Origin: Antedon mediterranea
Taxonomy: Eukaryota > Animalia > Echinodermata
Reading direction: 5' to 3'
DNA length: 64,000 nt
Assembly (NCBI RefSeq): GCF_964355755.1
Contig: NC_092679.1
Coordinates: 7,718,201-7,782,200, forward strand
Part shown: positions 1 to 13,495 of the stretch, piece by piece
Layout: every line of letters begins with the position of its first letter
Numbering within the stretch: the stretch's first letter is position 1
Made by a program: the position numbers and the translations under genes
Notes under the pieces: generated by a model
Seen by the model: the letters and a program-made list of their open reading frames with translations, nothing else
Told to the model about the DNA's origin: nothing
Database searches by the model: none

Positions 1-324
1 ATCCCATATTGTTCCTTGGGGTCATTATCTTATAACAGTTGAGATATTCTCTCCTAAATTAAATGCATACAAATCTGACCCAGGTCCTAGACTGTACTAA
101 TCATATATGATTGCAATTAGTGGGCGCGCATTGTGTGAGTTTTTTGCGCACGCATGTGAAGTTTCTTTCTCAAAACACGTGGAAGTGTTAGTAAAAACGT
201 ACAAATAATGTGGCATATATTTTAATAATTTGTCTTTCTCTAAATCTAATTGCTTTGAAGCTTTTTAGCGGCCCTCCATGAGTACACTATCTTTAGGCGA
301 CCTAAATATTTGTATTTTTATTAG

Positions 325-1695
325 GTGTATGCGACGATGAGAAATACTGGTAAGAAGGGAGAACTGGAAAAAGCAGCCGGTGGCTGTCTTGACAAAACCT
401 TGTTCATCCGAAAGTTGGACGTCAAAGATGACAAGACGTTCAAACCTGTTTTGGATGAGATCATCAACTCAAATGGCAAATTAGACGTCTTAAGTGAGTC
501 ACTTGCTGAGAATGTAGTAATTTACAGTAATCTTGAATTGAAGCCCAAGGCTTATACACCATAATATGCGTGATTTCTTATGATTGTTTAATTCAAAATC
601 CAATCTTCTTTTTAGTCAACAACGCAGGACTTGGAATGCTTACAATATCCGAAGCGGCGCCCGTGGAAGGAGTGCGCCATGTATTCGAGACCAACGTCAT
701 CGGGTTGTTTCAACTAACTCAGGCTGTAATTCCAATAATGAAGAAACAAAAAGCAGGACATATTGTTAATGTTACAAGTATCGGTGGAATAGCAGGTGTT
801 GTACGCGTATTCGCTTGCAATAGTTTTGACCAATCGCGCAGCGACCTTCTCATCCCTTTCTAAAATCCGCGTACTTAAAATGGAAATTCAGACTTTTTTT
901 TGGTTTTGCAAGCCTAGAACCATGTCAAATATAAATCATTGCAATTTATTATGAACATTTAACCATCACTATATTATCTACAGGTGTACCTTACAACACC
1001 ATGTACTGCGCTTCAAAGTTTGCAGTAGAAGGAATGACTGAATCACTAGCTGTTGAGTTGATGTCTGATAATATTCGGTAGGTTCATCATAAATATGTAT
1101 TAAAATATAGTGACTACAAACACTTCGTTTGCGTCCCATCACCCAATGTCATGACTCGTCTGTTTGCTGATTAACTAACTGACCATTAATATTATTAGTA
1201 ATTGCACTATATTGAGCAGAAATGATAACTCAGTTGATTAAATTCCATTTGCTGGAATTTGTTTTGATGTCTAGCCTAGTTTGTCAATGAAACCTTAAAG
1301 AGATGCAAATTTTACGCATAACTTGTGCGTGTTTTGCTGATTTAGTGATTTTATTTTTTCCTATTAGATTTAGTTTGATTGAACCAGGTCCAGTCAACAC
1401 CAGTTTCCGTGAAAACATCCAGGACGCTAGCGGCACAGGATTGGACAACCCGGATATCGATGAAGACACCAAAAAGAAATTTGTAACCCTTGTCAATAGT
1501 ATTAGCGATTCTTTCGCAAAAGTCGCTCAAACGGGTGAAGATATTGCTAAAGTTATTCTTAAAGCGGTTACTGATGAGAAGCCATGCCTTCGATACCAAA
1601 CGAGCGAGTATGGAGTAATGAGGGCTAAAAAAACACTAGTTGATTCGACGGGAAATAATTTCTTAGATATGTTTCGTGCTGCGATTAAAAATTAA
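325..1695 (+). CDS. Retinol dehydrogenase 8 / 17-beta-HSD1-like SDR, copy 1; 5'-partial (exon 1 lies upstream of the window). Exons 325-493, 616-795, 984-1077, 1368-1695
   Basis: GT-AG exons join in frame; VYATMR, NNAG, catalytic YCASK (YxxxK) and IEPGPV motifs; stop TAA ends at 1695. Confidence 0.9.
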
Positions 1696-2998
1696 AAATG
1701 ATTATTAATTAAATAATGTAGTCTTACTCACATTCTTTTATTAACGAGTTTTAATTAAAATAGCTGGCTCCTGCTTTGTTTTACTTTATGAAGAGTTTAA
1801 CCAAATTTAACGCAAGCGTACAAATTATGTGCAACACGTACAAGATTTGTACGCGCGCGTTCGTACTGCTGTACGTACGTGTCTCTTTATTGTGGCATTG
1901 GTATTTTATTACAAACATTCTTAAATCGAGTGTAAATCAAACACAAATAGTATGATGACATCAATGAATAAACATACATCTGGTGGAAACTAGAATATTC
2001 TAATATCCAAATTCTGTTTGCCTCTTATGAGTTTTCTTTCATTTTAACATTGGGTATATCTACATGAACAGTACTAAGATACTGCAGTTATTTGCATAAT
2101 AACAGATAGTTGGAGGGTTTGCCACCTAACCCTCTAAATAAAAGAAAAACAATATTTATTTTCCATTCAGGCAATAATAATAATAATTGTGTGTATTTAT
2201 TTCTATTTTATTAGAGCAAATATAAATATATACTTTGCGAATAATTTGAGACTAAAATTATAACTTTTTGACTAGTGGTGAATGAGATATTGAGCGGCCA
2301 TTTTCTTGACTAATGGTGAAAAATAAAGTTTCACGGTCATTTTTGGCAAAAGTTGTCTATTTAAGTGAATAAAAATATGTATCTTCTGAGTATTTTGACA
2401 CCAACTATGACCATATCCGCCAAACGATTTCTGAGATATGAAAAGTGTGCTCTAAGCCAAACATGTTTGTGTCGGCTATATGTCAAAGGTCAAAATTAGG
2501 GGTTTATTGACATTTTATGATTTTTATTACATTAGAACAAATATAAACATATACTTTGCGAGTAATTTGAGACCACAATTATCACTTTCTGACCAATGGT
2601 TGCTGAGATATTCATATGGAAAATTGTTTACCATTGGTCAGAAAAGGGCTTTTCGTCCACTTTTGGACACAAGCATCCCAAGTGTTTAACTGAGTGTAAT
2701 ACAGCAATGGTAAATTATGATAATTTGTGAGAGAGTTGGCATATTAATAGTTAACTAATATTTACATAAACGAAATTAATAGTTAACTAATATTTACATA
2801 AACGAATGATTTGCCAACATGAACGGATGCAGTGACTAAGCAAGTTTTGTGGTGTAAGTCTGTACACACTTGAGTATACATCTAGTCACGCGTGGAAGAA
2901 GGTTGTTAATAGTCCTCTAGTCCTTGCAAAATCAGTGTTCTACTTCTTCAATAAACCTGCCGCAGTTCTTTAAAATCACATTAATATTCGTACAAAAG

Positions 2999-4854
2999 AT
3001 GGCACCTCGTATAGTTCTGATCACTGGCTGTTCGTCTGGGATTGGTCTTTCGGCGGCTGTAGCTCTAGCTAAGCATCCAGATTTCAAGGTACCGTATATT
3101 TTATTGTTGGGAGCTAGCTCTTATTCATTATTGAGGGTATCGTGTCATCAAGAGGCTTTTGGTGTACAATTTAATCAAATTTAATTTTATATATACGTTT
3201 TCATTATGTCCATTTTAGGCACGCGGATGTTTGCTTATTGAAGTATCGTTTTATATACGTTATTAGGAAGAAAGTATTTTAGCCTACTGTAATATAGTCT
3301 CTCGTTTGTCCATGTTTGATCAAGTGATGTGGCTGTATTTTGAAACAGTATTTTAAAAGTGACCTCAAACTGGAAATGTTGATTTTATTAGGTGTATGCG
3401 ACGATGAGAAATACTGGTAAGAAGGGAGACCTGGAGAAAGCAGCTGGTGGTGGCTGCCTTGACAAAACCTTGTTCATCCGAAAGTTGGACGTCAAAGATG
3501 ACAAAACGTTCAAACCAGTTTTGGATGAGATCATCAACTCAAATGGCAAATTAGACGTCTTAAGTAAGTCACATCATTGCTGTATCGTTGTTGTCAGAGA
3601 ATATTGACATGTGAAAACAAAGGGAATATTGCAAAGAGTAGGGGAAATCTCCTCAATTCTAATATATTCTATCAATTCATCATATTCGTGACAAGCCGAG
3701 TAAACTTTCCCTTAAAATATACACTTTTCTTAATTAATTTCTTATATAGTCAACAACGCAGGACTTGGAATGCTCACAATATCCGAAGCGGCGCCCGTGG
3801 AAGGAGTGCGGCATATACTCGAGACCAACGTCATCGGGTTGTTTCAACTAACTCAGGCTGTAATTCCAATAATGAAGAAACAAAAAGCAGGACATATTGT
3901 TAATGTTACAAGTATTGCAGGTTTTCTAGGTATTTATTTACATAACCTGCTTAATTAGGTGACCGTATTTTATAGGCATAATACCACCTTAAATGAGAAT
4001 TACATGTGACTTATTTGTTTTTATCAACTTATAGGTAAACAAATTAGGACCATTAGTTAAAATATATTAACATCCCTAACATAGTCCTTAGTATTTCCCA
4101 TTTAAACCGAGTTTGATTTGGTAAAATCTTAAACTAAAAATCGCGTACTTATTTCAATAGGTACACCTTACAGCACAATCTATTGTGCTTCAAAGTTTGC
4201 AGTAGAAGGAATGACTGAAAGCCTTGCGGCTGAATTGATGTCTGATAATATTCGGTAGGTAGGCCCTAGTGACAACGATTGGCAGAATCTACTTACTTAC
4301 ATGACTTACAAAGACTGTGATTTGATTGGATGACTCGCATCATCTGCTGGTCTAGGACTATTGGCAAAGTTTGAACAACTTTGCTTCCCAAACTTTGAGT
4401 TTGCGTATATTTACAAAGTAAAGTTTACTAGTGTAAACTATGCTTATAGCTTATTGAATATTTAATAATACTAACATCAATAATATTAAAAGATAATAGT
4501 AGGTCTATTGATTCGGTTCTTATTCACAGTTTTAGTTTGATTGAACCAGGTCCAGTCAAAACCAACTTCCGTGAAAACATCCAGGAAGCTAGTGGCACAG
4601 GATTGGACAATCCGGATGTCGATGAAGATACGAAAAAACGTTTCGTAGCCGTCCTAACCAAACTTCGAGAAATATACGCACCAGTTACGCAAACAGCCGA
4701 TGAAATCGGTGGCGTAATAGTTAAAGCGGTTACGGATGAGAAACCATGTTTGCGATACCAGACAAGTGAAGACGCAATTAAGAGGGCAAAGTTCAAGCTG
4801 GCTGATCCATCTGGAAATAGCTTTCTTAGTATGTACCGCGAGGCATTAGAATAA
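2999..4854 (+). CDS. Retinol dehydrogenase 8 / 17-beta-HSD1-like SDR, copy 2; complete. Exons 2999-3088, 3392-3563, 3750-3929, 4161-4254, 4530-4854
   Basis: MAPRIVLITGCSSGIG (TGxxxGIG cofactor motif), NNAG, YCASK, IEPGPV; same intron positions as copy 1. Confidence 0.92.
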
Positions 4855-5733
4855 AAAGTCGCACAATTAATGTTTGAAAATTGAATATTGAATATAATTT
4901 GATTAATTACGTTATAGGCCTATGCCTATCCGTGGCAAGCTTTGCCTATTACAATTAGTTACTTATATTTAATTTTGCTCGCACTTTTGTGCAATAAAGT
5001 TTAATTAATTCATGTGATGTCAAAAGATTTTTTTTTTAATTTAACGAAATCTGTCTAGGCTTTAGACTGTGTTTCGACTTATACAGTATGCGTGAATTAG
5101 TAAAGATGACGACGACGATGATGATGATGAATTTCCCCGGAGTTTGGGATAATAAAGTGTTATTGAATTGAATGACGATGGTTTTGCCCTAATGGGCTTT
5201 CGTAGAGAAAAACTCTACAAAACTGCGCGAAGTCAAATTTGGTATGGTAGACATACCTAAAAATCTCAAGTTCTGCGAATTACGTCTCATGACTGTACAT
5301 CATAGCCATCTTAGCCAAATCTAGCACAATATGCTCATAGCATAATGTTGACACATCTGGCATCTAGCATTTATGTTAGGTATAATTTTAGAAAATCTGG
5401 CATAATTTCTGAAAACCAATTCTGAAGCATATTTCCCATGATCTAGCATTTTTTCTACTATTTTTGCGAAAAAATCTAGCATAATTGTAAGCAAATATAG
5501 CACAATTTGGCAAAAACAAAAATTTTGTTTGGCCTTCCGCTTTTGTGGGACATAAAACATATTCATATACCGCCCTCATAAACGCTTGTGTCAAGCTAGC
5601 CAACAATAAGCCAGCCAACAATAAGCCAGCCCACTTTTATTTTTTCCAGCCAACAATAACTATGAAACGCCGTTTGTGCATTCTTTACATTTTCATTGTT
5701 ACTTATGGCTTTTATGGTATTAGGAATTAAATA

Positions 5734-8700
5734 TTTGTGAGAAAAACGGCGGATTGTTCCTGGGATTCACTTGGTGGGATTATACTAGGGTACCTCGTTA
5801 GTCGTCCAGTATAGGTTAGAGTTGGACCAATGGTCCCGTTTACTCAGCCCTCATCTTTTAAATTTCAGTATAACTCAATTACGATTGTTAATATATAGTG
5901 AAAATTGATATTGTAATTGTGAGAAAACGGCGGATTGTTCCTGGAAGTCACTTGGTGGGATTATACTAGGGTACCTCCTTAGTCGTCCACTATAAGTTAG
6001 AGTGTGACCACTGGTCCCGTTTACTCCGACCTCATCTTTAAAATTTGAGTGTAACTCAATTACGATAAAATTTTTAAAATATAATGAAAATTGATACTGT
6101 ATTTGTGAGAAAACGGCGGATTGTTTCTGGGAGTCACATGGTGGGATTATACTAGGGTACGTCCTTAGTCGTCCAGTATAAGTTAGAGTGCGACCACTGG
6201 TCCCGTTTACTCAGCCCTCATCTTTTAAATTTGAGTGTAACTCAATTACGATAAAATTTTTTAAATATAGTGAAAATTGAAACTGTATTTGTGAGAAAAT
6301 GGCGGATTGTTCCTGGGAGTCACTTGGTGGGATTATACTAGGGTACCTCCTTAGTTGTCCAGTATAAGTTAGAGTGGGACCACTGGTCCCGTTTACTCCG
6401 ACCTCATCTTTAAAATTTGAGTGTAACTCAATTACGATAAAATTTTTAAAATATAGTGAAAATTGATACTGTATTTGTGAGAAAATGGCGGATTGTTTCT
6501 GGGAGTCACATGGTGGGATTATACTAGGGTACGTACGTCCTTAGTCGTCCAGTATAAGTTAGAGTGCGACCACTGGTCCCGTTTACTCCGACCTCATCTT
6601 TAAAATTTGAGTGTAACTCAATTACGATAAAATTTTTAAAATATAGTGAAAATTGATACTGTATTTGTGAGAAAATGGCGGATTGTTTCTGGGAGTCACA
6701 TGGTGGGATTATACTAGGGTACGTCCTTAGTCGTCCAGTATAAGTTAGAGTGCGACCACTGGTCCCGTTTACTCAGCCCTCATCTTTTAAATTTGAGTGT
6801 AACTCAATTACGATAAAATTGTTTAAATATAGTGAAAATTGAAACTGTATTTGTGAGAAAATGGCGGATTGTTCCTGGGAGTCACTTGGTGGGATTATAC
6901 TAGGGTACCTCCTTAGTTGTCCAGTATAAGTTAGAGTGGGACCACTGGTCCCGTTTACTCAGCCCTCATCTTTAACGTTTGAGTGTAACTCAACTACGAT
7001 TAATATTTTAAAATATAGTGAAATTTGATACTGTATTTGTGAGAAAATGGCGGATTGTTCCTGGAAGTCACTTGGTGGGATTATACTAGGGTACCTCCTT
7101 AGTTGTCCCGTTTAAGTTAGAGTGGGACCACTGGTCCCGTTTACTCAGCCCTTATCTTTAAAATTTGAGTGTAACTCAATAACGATTAATATTTTAAAAT
7201 ATAGTGAAATTTGATACTGTATTTGTGAGAAATGACGGATTGTTCCTGGGAGTCACTTGGTGGTATTATACTAGGGTACCTCCTTAGTTGTCCAGTTTAA
7301 GTTAGAGTGGGACCACTGGTCCCGTTTACTCAGCCCTTATCTTTAAAATTTGAGTGTAACTCAATTACGATTAATATTTTAAAATATAGTGAAATTTGAT
7401 ACTGTATTTGTGAGAAAATGGCGAATTGTTCCTGGGAGTCACTTGGTGGGATTATACTAGGGTACCTCCTTAGTCGTCCACTATAAGTTAGAGTGTGACC
7501 ACTGGTCCCGTTTACTCCGACCTCATCTTTAAAATTTGAGTGTAACTCAATTACGATAAAATTTTTAAAATATAGTGAAAATTGATACTGTATTTGTGAG
7601 AAAATGGCGGATTGTTTCTGGGAGTCACATGGTGGGATTATACTAGGGTACGTCCTTAGTCGTCCAGTATAAGTTAGAGTGCGACCACTGGTCCCGTTTA
7701 CTCAGCCCTCATCTTTTAAATTTGAGTGTAACTCAATTACGATAAAATTTTTTAAATATAGTGAAAATTGAAACTGTATTTGTGAGAAAATGGCGGATTG
7801 TTCCTGGGTGTCACTTGGTGGGATTATACTAGGGTACCTCCTTAGTTGTCCAGTATAAGTTAGAGTGGGACCACTGGTCCCGTTTACTCAGCCCTTATCT
7901 TTAACGTTTGAGTGTAACTCAATTACGATTAATATTTTAAAATATAGTGAAATTTGATACTGTATTTGTGAGAAAATGGCGGATTGTTCCTGGAAGTCAC
8001 TTGGTGGGATTATACTAGGGTACCTCCTTAGTTGTCCAGTTTAAGTTAGAGTGGGACCACTGGTCCCGTTTACTCAGCCCTTATCTTTAAAATTTGAGTG
8101 TAACTCAATTACGATTAATATTTTAAAATATAGTGAAATTTGATACTGTATTTGTGAGAAAATGGCGGATTGTTCCTGGGAGAGTCACTTGGTGGTATTA
8201 TACTAGGGTACCTCCTTAGTTGTCCAGTTTAAGTTAGAGTGGGACCACTGGTCCCGTTTACTCAGCCCTTATCTTTAAAATTTGAGTGTAACTCAATTAC
8301 GATTAATATTTTAAAATATAGTGAAATTTGATACTGTATTTGTGAGAAAATGGCGGATTGTTCCTGGGAGTCACTTGGTGGGATTATACTAGGGTACCCC
8401 TTTAGTCGTCCAGTATAAGTTAGAGTGGGACCACTGGTCCCGTTTACTCAGCCCTTATCTTTAAAATTTGAGTGTAACTCAATTACGATTAATATTTTAA
8501 AATATAGTGAAATTTGATACTGTATTTGTGAGAAAATGGCGAATTGTTCCTGGGAGTCACTTGGTGGGATTACACTAGGGTACCTCCTTAGTCGTCCACT
8601 ATAAGTTAGAGTGTGACCACTGGTCCCGTTTACTCCGACCTCATCTTTAAAATTTGAGTGTAACTCAATTACGATAAAATTTTTAAAATATAGTGAAAAT

Positions 8701-11700
8701 TGATACTGTATTTGTGAGAAAATGGCGGATTGTTTCTGGGAGTCACATGGTGGGATTATACTAGGGTACGTCCTTAGTCGTCCAGTATAAGTTAGAGTGC
8801 GACCACTGGTCCCGTTTACTCAGCCCTCATCTTTTAAATTTGAGTGTAACTCAATTACGATAAAATTTTTTAAATATAGTGAAAATTGAAACTGTATTTG
8901 TGAGAAAATGGCGGATTGTTCCTGGGAGTCACTTGGTGGGATTATACTAGGGTACCTCCTTAGTTGTCCAGTATAAGTTAGAGTGGGACCACTGGTCTTG
9001 TTTACTCCGACCTCATCTTTAAAATTTGAGTGTAACTCAATTACGATAAAATTTTTAAAATATAGTGAAAATTGATACTGTATTTGTGAGAAAATGGCGG
9101 ATTGTTTCTGGGAGTCACATGGTGGGATTATACTAGGGTACGTCCTTAGTCGTCCAGTATAAGTTAGAGTGCGACCACTGGTCCCGTTTACTCCGACCTC
9201 ATCTTTAAAATTTGAGTGTAACTCAATTACGATAAAATTTTTAAAATATAGTGAAAATTGATACTGTATTTGTGAGAAAATGGCGGATTGTTTCTGGGAG
9301 TCACATGGTGGGATTATACTAGGGTACGTCCTTAGTCGTCCAGTATAAGTTAGAGTGCGACCACTGGTCCCGTTTACTCAGCCCTCATCTTTTAAATTTG
9401 AGTGTAACTCAATTACGATAAAATTGTTTAAATATAGTGAAAATTGAAACTGTATTTGTGAGAAAATGGCGGATTGTTCCTGGGAGTCACTTGGTGGGAT
9501 TATACTAGGGTACCTCCTTAGTTGTCCAGTATAAGTTAGAGTGGGACCACTGGTCCCGTTTACTCAGCCCTCATCTTTAACGTTTGAGTGTAACTCAACT
9601 ACGATTAATATTTTAAAATATAGTGAAATTTGATACTGTATTTGTGAGAAAATGGCGGATTGTTCCTGGAAGTCACTTGGTGGGATTATACTAGGGTACC
9701 TCCTTAGTTGTCCCGTTTAAGTTAGAGTGGGACCACTGGTCCCGTTTACTCAGCCCTTATCTTTAAAATTTGAGTGTAACTCAATTACGATTAATATTTT
9801 AAAATATAGTGAAATTTGATACTGTATTTGTGAGAAATGGCGGATTGTTCCTGGGAGTCACTTGGTGGTATTATACTAGGGTACCTCCTTAGTTGTCCAG
9901 TTTAAGTTAGAGTGGGACCACTGGTCCCGTTTACTCAGCCCTTATCTTTAAAATTTGAGTGTAACTCAATTACGATTAATATTTTAAAATATAGTGAAAT
10001 TTGATACTGTATTTGTGAGAAAATGGCGAATTGTTCCTGGGAGTCACTTGGTGGGATTATACTAGGGTACCTCCTTAGTCGTCCACTATAAGTTAGAGTG
10101 TGACCACTGGTCCCGTTTACTCCGACCTCATCTTTAAAATTTGAGTGTAACTCAATTACGATAAAATTTTTAAAATATAGTGAAAATTGATACTGTATTT
10201 GTGAGAAAATGGCGGATTGTTTCTGGGAGTCACATGGTGGGATTATACTAGGGTACGTCCTTAGTCGTCCAGTATAAGTTAGAGTGCGACCACTGGTCCC
10301 GTTTACTCAGCCCTCATCTTTTAAATTTGAGTGTAACTCAATTACGATAAAATTTTTTAAATATAGTGAAAATTGAAACTGTATTTGTGAGAAAATGGCG
10401 GATTTTTCCTGGGTGTCACTTGGTGGGATTATACTAGGGTACCTCCTTAGTTGTCCAGTATAAGTTAGAGTGGGACCACTGGTCCCGTTTACTCAGCCCT
10501 TATCTTTAACGTTTGAGTGTAACTCAATTACGATTAATATTTTAAAATATAGTGAAATTTGATACTGTATTTGTGAGAAAATGGCGGATTGTTCCTGGAA
10601 GTCACTTGGTGGGATTATACTAGGGTACCTCCTTAGTTGTCCAGTTTAAGTTAGAGTGGGACCACTGGTCCCGTTTACTCAGCCCTTATCTTTAAAATTT
10701 GAGTGTAACTCAATTACGATTAATATTTTAAAATATAGTGAAATTTGATACTGTATTTGTGAGAAAATGGCGGATTGTTCCTGGGAGAGTCACTTGGTGG
10801 TATTATACTAGGGTACCTCCTTAGTTGTCCAGTTTAAGTTAGAGTGGGACCACTGGTCCCGTTTACTCAGCCCTTATCTTTAAAATTTGAGTGTAACTCA
10901 ATTACGATTAATATTTTAAAATATAGTGAAATTTGATACTGTATTTGTGAGAAAATGGCGGATTGTTCCTGGGAGTCACTTGGTGGGATTATACTAGGGT
11001 ACCCCTTTAGTCGTCCAGTATAAGTTAGAGTGGGACCACTGGTCCCGTTTACTCAGCCCTCATCTTTAAAATTTGAGTGTAACTCATTTACGATTTTTAA
11101 AATATAGTGAAATTTGAAACTATATTTGTGAGAAAACGGCAGATTTTTCCTGAGAGAGTCACTTGGTGGGATTATACTAGGGTACGTCCTTAGTCGTCCA
11201 GTATAAGTTAGATTGGGACCACTGGTCCCGTTTACTCAGCCCTCATCTTTAAAATTTGAGTGTAACTCAATTACAATTTTTAAAATATAGTTAAATTTGA
11301 AACTGTATTTGTGAGAAAATGGCGGATTGTTCCTGGGAGTCACTTGGTGGGATTATACTAGGGTACCTCCTTAGTCGTCCAGTATAAGTTGGAGTGGGAC
11401 AACTGGTACCGTTTACTCAGCCCTCATCTTTTAAATTTGAGTGTAACTCATTTACGACTTTAAAAATATAGTAAAATTTGATACTGCATTTGTGAGAAAT
11501 GGCGGATTGTTCCTGGGAGTCACTTGGTGGTATTATACTAGGGTACCTCCTTAGTTGTCCAGTATAAGTTAGAGTGAGACCACTGGTCCCGTTTACTCAG
11601 CCCTCATCTTTAACGTTTGAGTGTAACTCCATATTACGATTAATATTTTAAAATATAGTGAAATTTGATACTGCATTTGTGAGAAAATGGCGGATTGTTC

Positions 11701-13228
11701 CTGGGAGTCACTTGGTGGGATTATACTAGGGTACCTCCGTAGTGGTCCAGTAAAGTTAGAGTGGGACTACTGGTCCCGTTTACTCAGCCCTCATCTTTTA
11801 AATTTGAGTGTAACTCAATTACGATTTTAAAAATATAGTGAAATTTGATACTTTATTTGTAAGAAAACGGCGGATTGTTCCTGGGAGTCACTTGTGGGAT
11901 TATACTAGGATACTACATAGTCGTCCACTATAAGTTAGAGTGTGACCACTGGTCCCGTTTACTCCGACCTCATCTTTAAAATTTGAGTGTAACTCAATTA
12001 CGATAAAATTTTTAAAATATAGTAAAAATTGATACTGTATTTGTGAGAAAATGGCGGATTGTTTCTGGGAGTCACATGGTGGGATTATACTAGGGTACGT
12101 CCTTAATAGTCGTCCAGTATAAGTTAGAGTGCGACCACTGGTCCCGTTTACTCAGCCCTCATCTTTTAAATTGGAGTGTAACTCAATTACGATAAAATTT
12201 TTAAAATATAGTGAAAATTGATACTGTATTTGTGAGAAAATGGCGGATTGTTCCTGGGAGTCACTTGGTGGGATTATACTAGGGTACCTCCTTAGTTGTC
12301 CAGTATAAGTTAGAGTGGGACCACTGGTCCCGTTTACTCAGCCCTCATCATTAACGTTTGAGTGTAACTCAATTACGATTAATATTTTAAAATAGTGAAA
12401 TTTGATACTGTATTTGTGAGGAAATGGCTGATTGTTCCTGGGAGTCACTTGGTGGGATTATAATAGGGTACGTCCTTAGTCGTCAGTATAAATTAGAGTA
12501 GGACCACTGGTCCGGTTTACTCAGCCCTTATATTTAAAATTTGAGTGTAACTCATTTACGATTTTTAAAGATGTATTGTCCCTTGAAACACAAAAAAATG
12601 AAGGTCAAAATATTCTAAATTTAAAGTGGCCATATCAAAGTAATAATAAAGTTATTCACTTTAAGTCGAAAATTCGAGCCAAAAACAACAAGTTTACGTA
12701 ATTAACAGGTAAATTACTTTAATTACATTTCATCTGGAAAATCGTCACGAGCGAAAGTAAACAAAGATTTCAAACTATGAGTACGCATTATGCATATGCT
12801 AAATTAGGATTGTTTACAACTCGTCACGGTTAAGAAGGTATTTTCACACAGATCATGAGGAAGTTTTATGATTATGCATACAGAGTAGCCAAACAAGTGC
12901 GTTTCATTATGGGATATGTTTTGATTGAAAACTTTGACTGGAAGTCAAAGTTATTTTTTTAACAAAAAAACGTCTGTATTTCAGTTAAATTTTTTTTTTT
13001 TTCGAAAAATTTTTGGTGATAGTTAATAACTATTATGATACTTCAAAATGACCCACCTTTTTTCAAAATCTTTTATTTTTTATTTTTTTTGGAATTAGTC
13101 AAAGGGACAATACATCTTTAAAATAATATAGTGAAATTTGAAACTATATTTGTGAGAAAACGGCAGATTTTTCCTGAGAGTCACTTGGTGGGATTATACT
13201 AGGGTACCTCTTTAGTCATCCAGTACTC
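5734..13228. repeat. Tandem satellite, 186-bp monomer, about 37 copies, with a 2,605-bp (14-mer) higher-order repeat; last monomer interrupted by a MITE
   Basis: GTGAGAAAA starts at 6105 and 6291 (186 bp apart); diagnostic variants recur 2,605 bp apart. Confidence 0.97.
12569..13117. mobile_element. Non-autonomous DNA transposon (Kolobok-like MITE)
   Basis: TIR AGATGTATTGTCCC...GGGACAATACATCT flanked by TTAA (12565-68, 13118-21); satellite monomer resumes after it; second copy at 43888-44412. Confidence 0.88.
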
Positions 13229-13354
13229 GACCAAATGGAAGGTGCATTTATAAGAAATATAAAAAAAAACCATGATATATAAAATTATTATCATTGCATT
13301 TGGCATAGCATAATCTGGCATAATTTTGTGCTGCCACCATAATTTTGTTTTCAT

Positions 13355-13495
13355 CGCTGGCCAATAGCGCGCGAACAATTGATTGTTTTTGGTGCGAAAA
13401 AAGAAGGCGACGAAGAAACAACCGTCACTTTGTCCTTTGATATTCATTGTCTTTTTGAGGAAAAATGTTGGGTATAGCAGCAATTAGTGATCCGG
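13355..13495 (+). promoter_or_regulatory. Possible CLSPN promoter and non-coding first exon
   Basis: CCAAT followed by GCGCGCGAA (E2F-like), CpG-richer patch, donor-like CCG|GTACGT near 13495; could instead be transposon interior. Confidence 0.35.

Noticed and set aside
2208-2670. Duplicated ~150-bp segments between the SDR copies as a regulatory module
   Set aside because: Resemble decayed transposon subterminal repeats (TTGACACCAA, TCAAAGGTCA also occur in the Academ arms); no further support
5734-12568. CRISPR-like array (regular repeats with palindromes)
   Set aside because: Whole 186-bp units repeat with no unique spacers, there are no cas genes, and the context is eukaryotic
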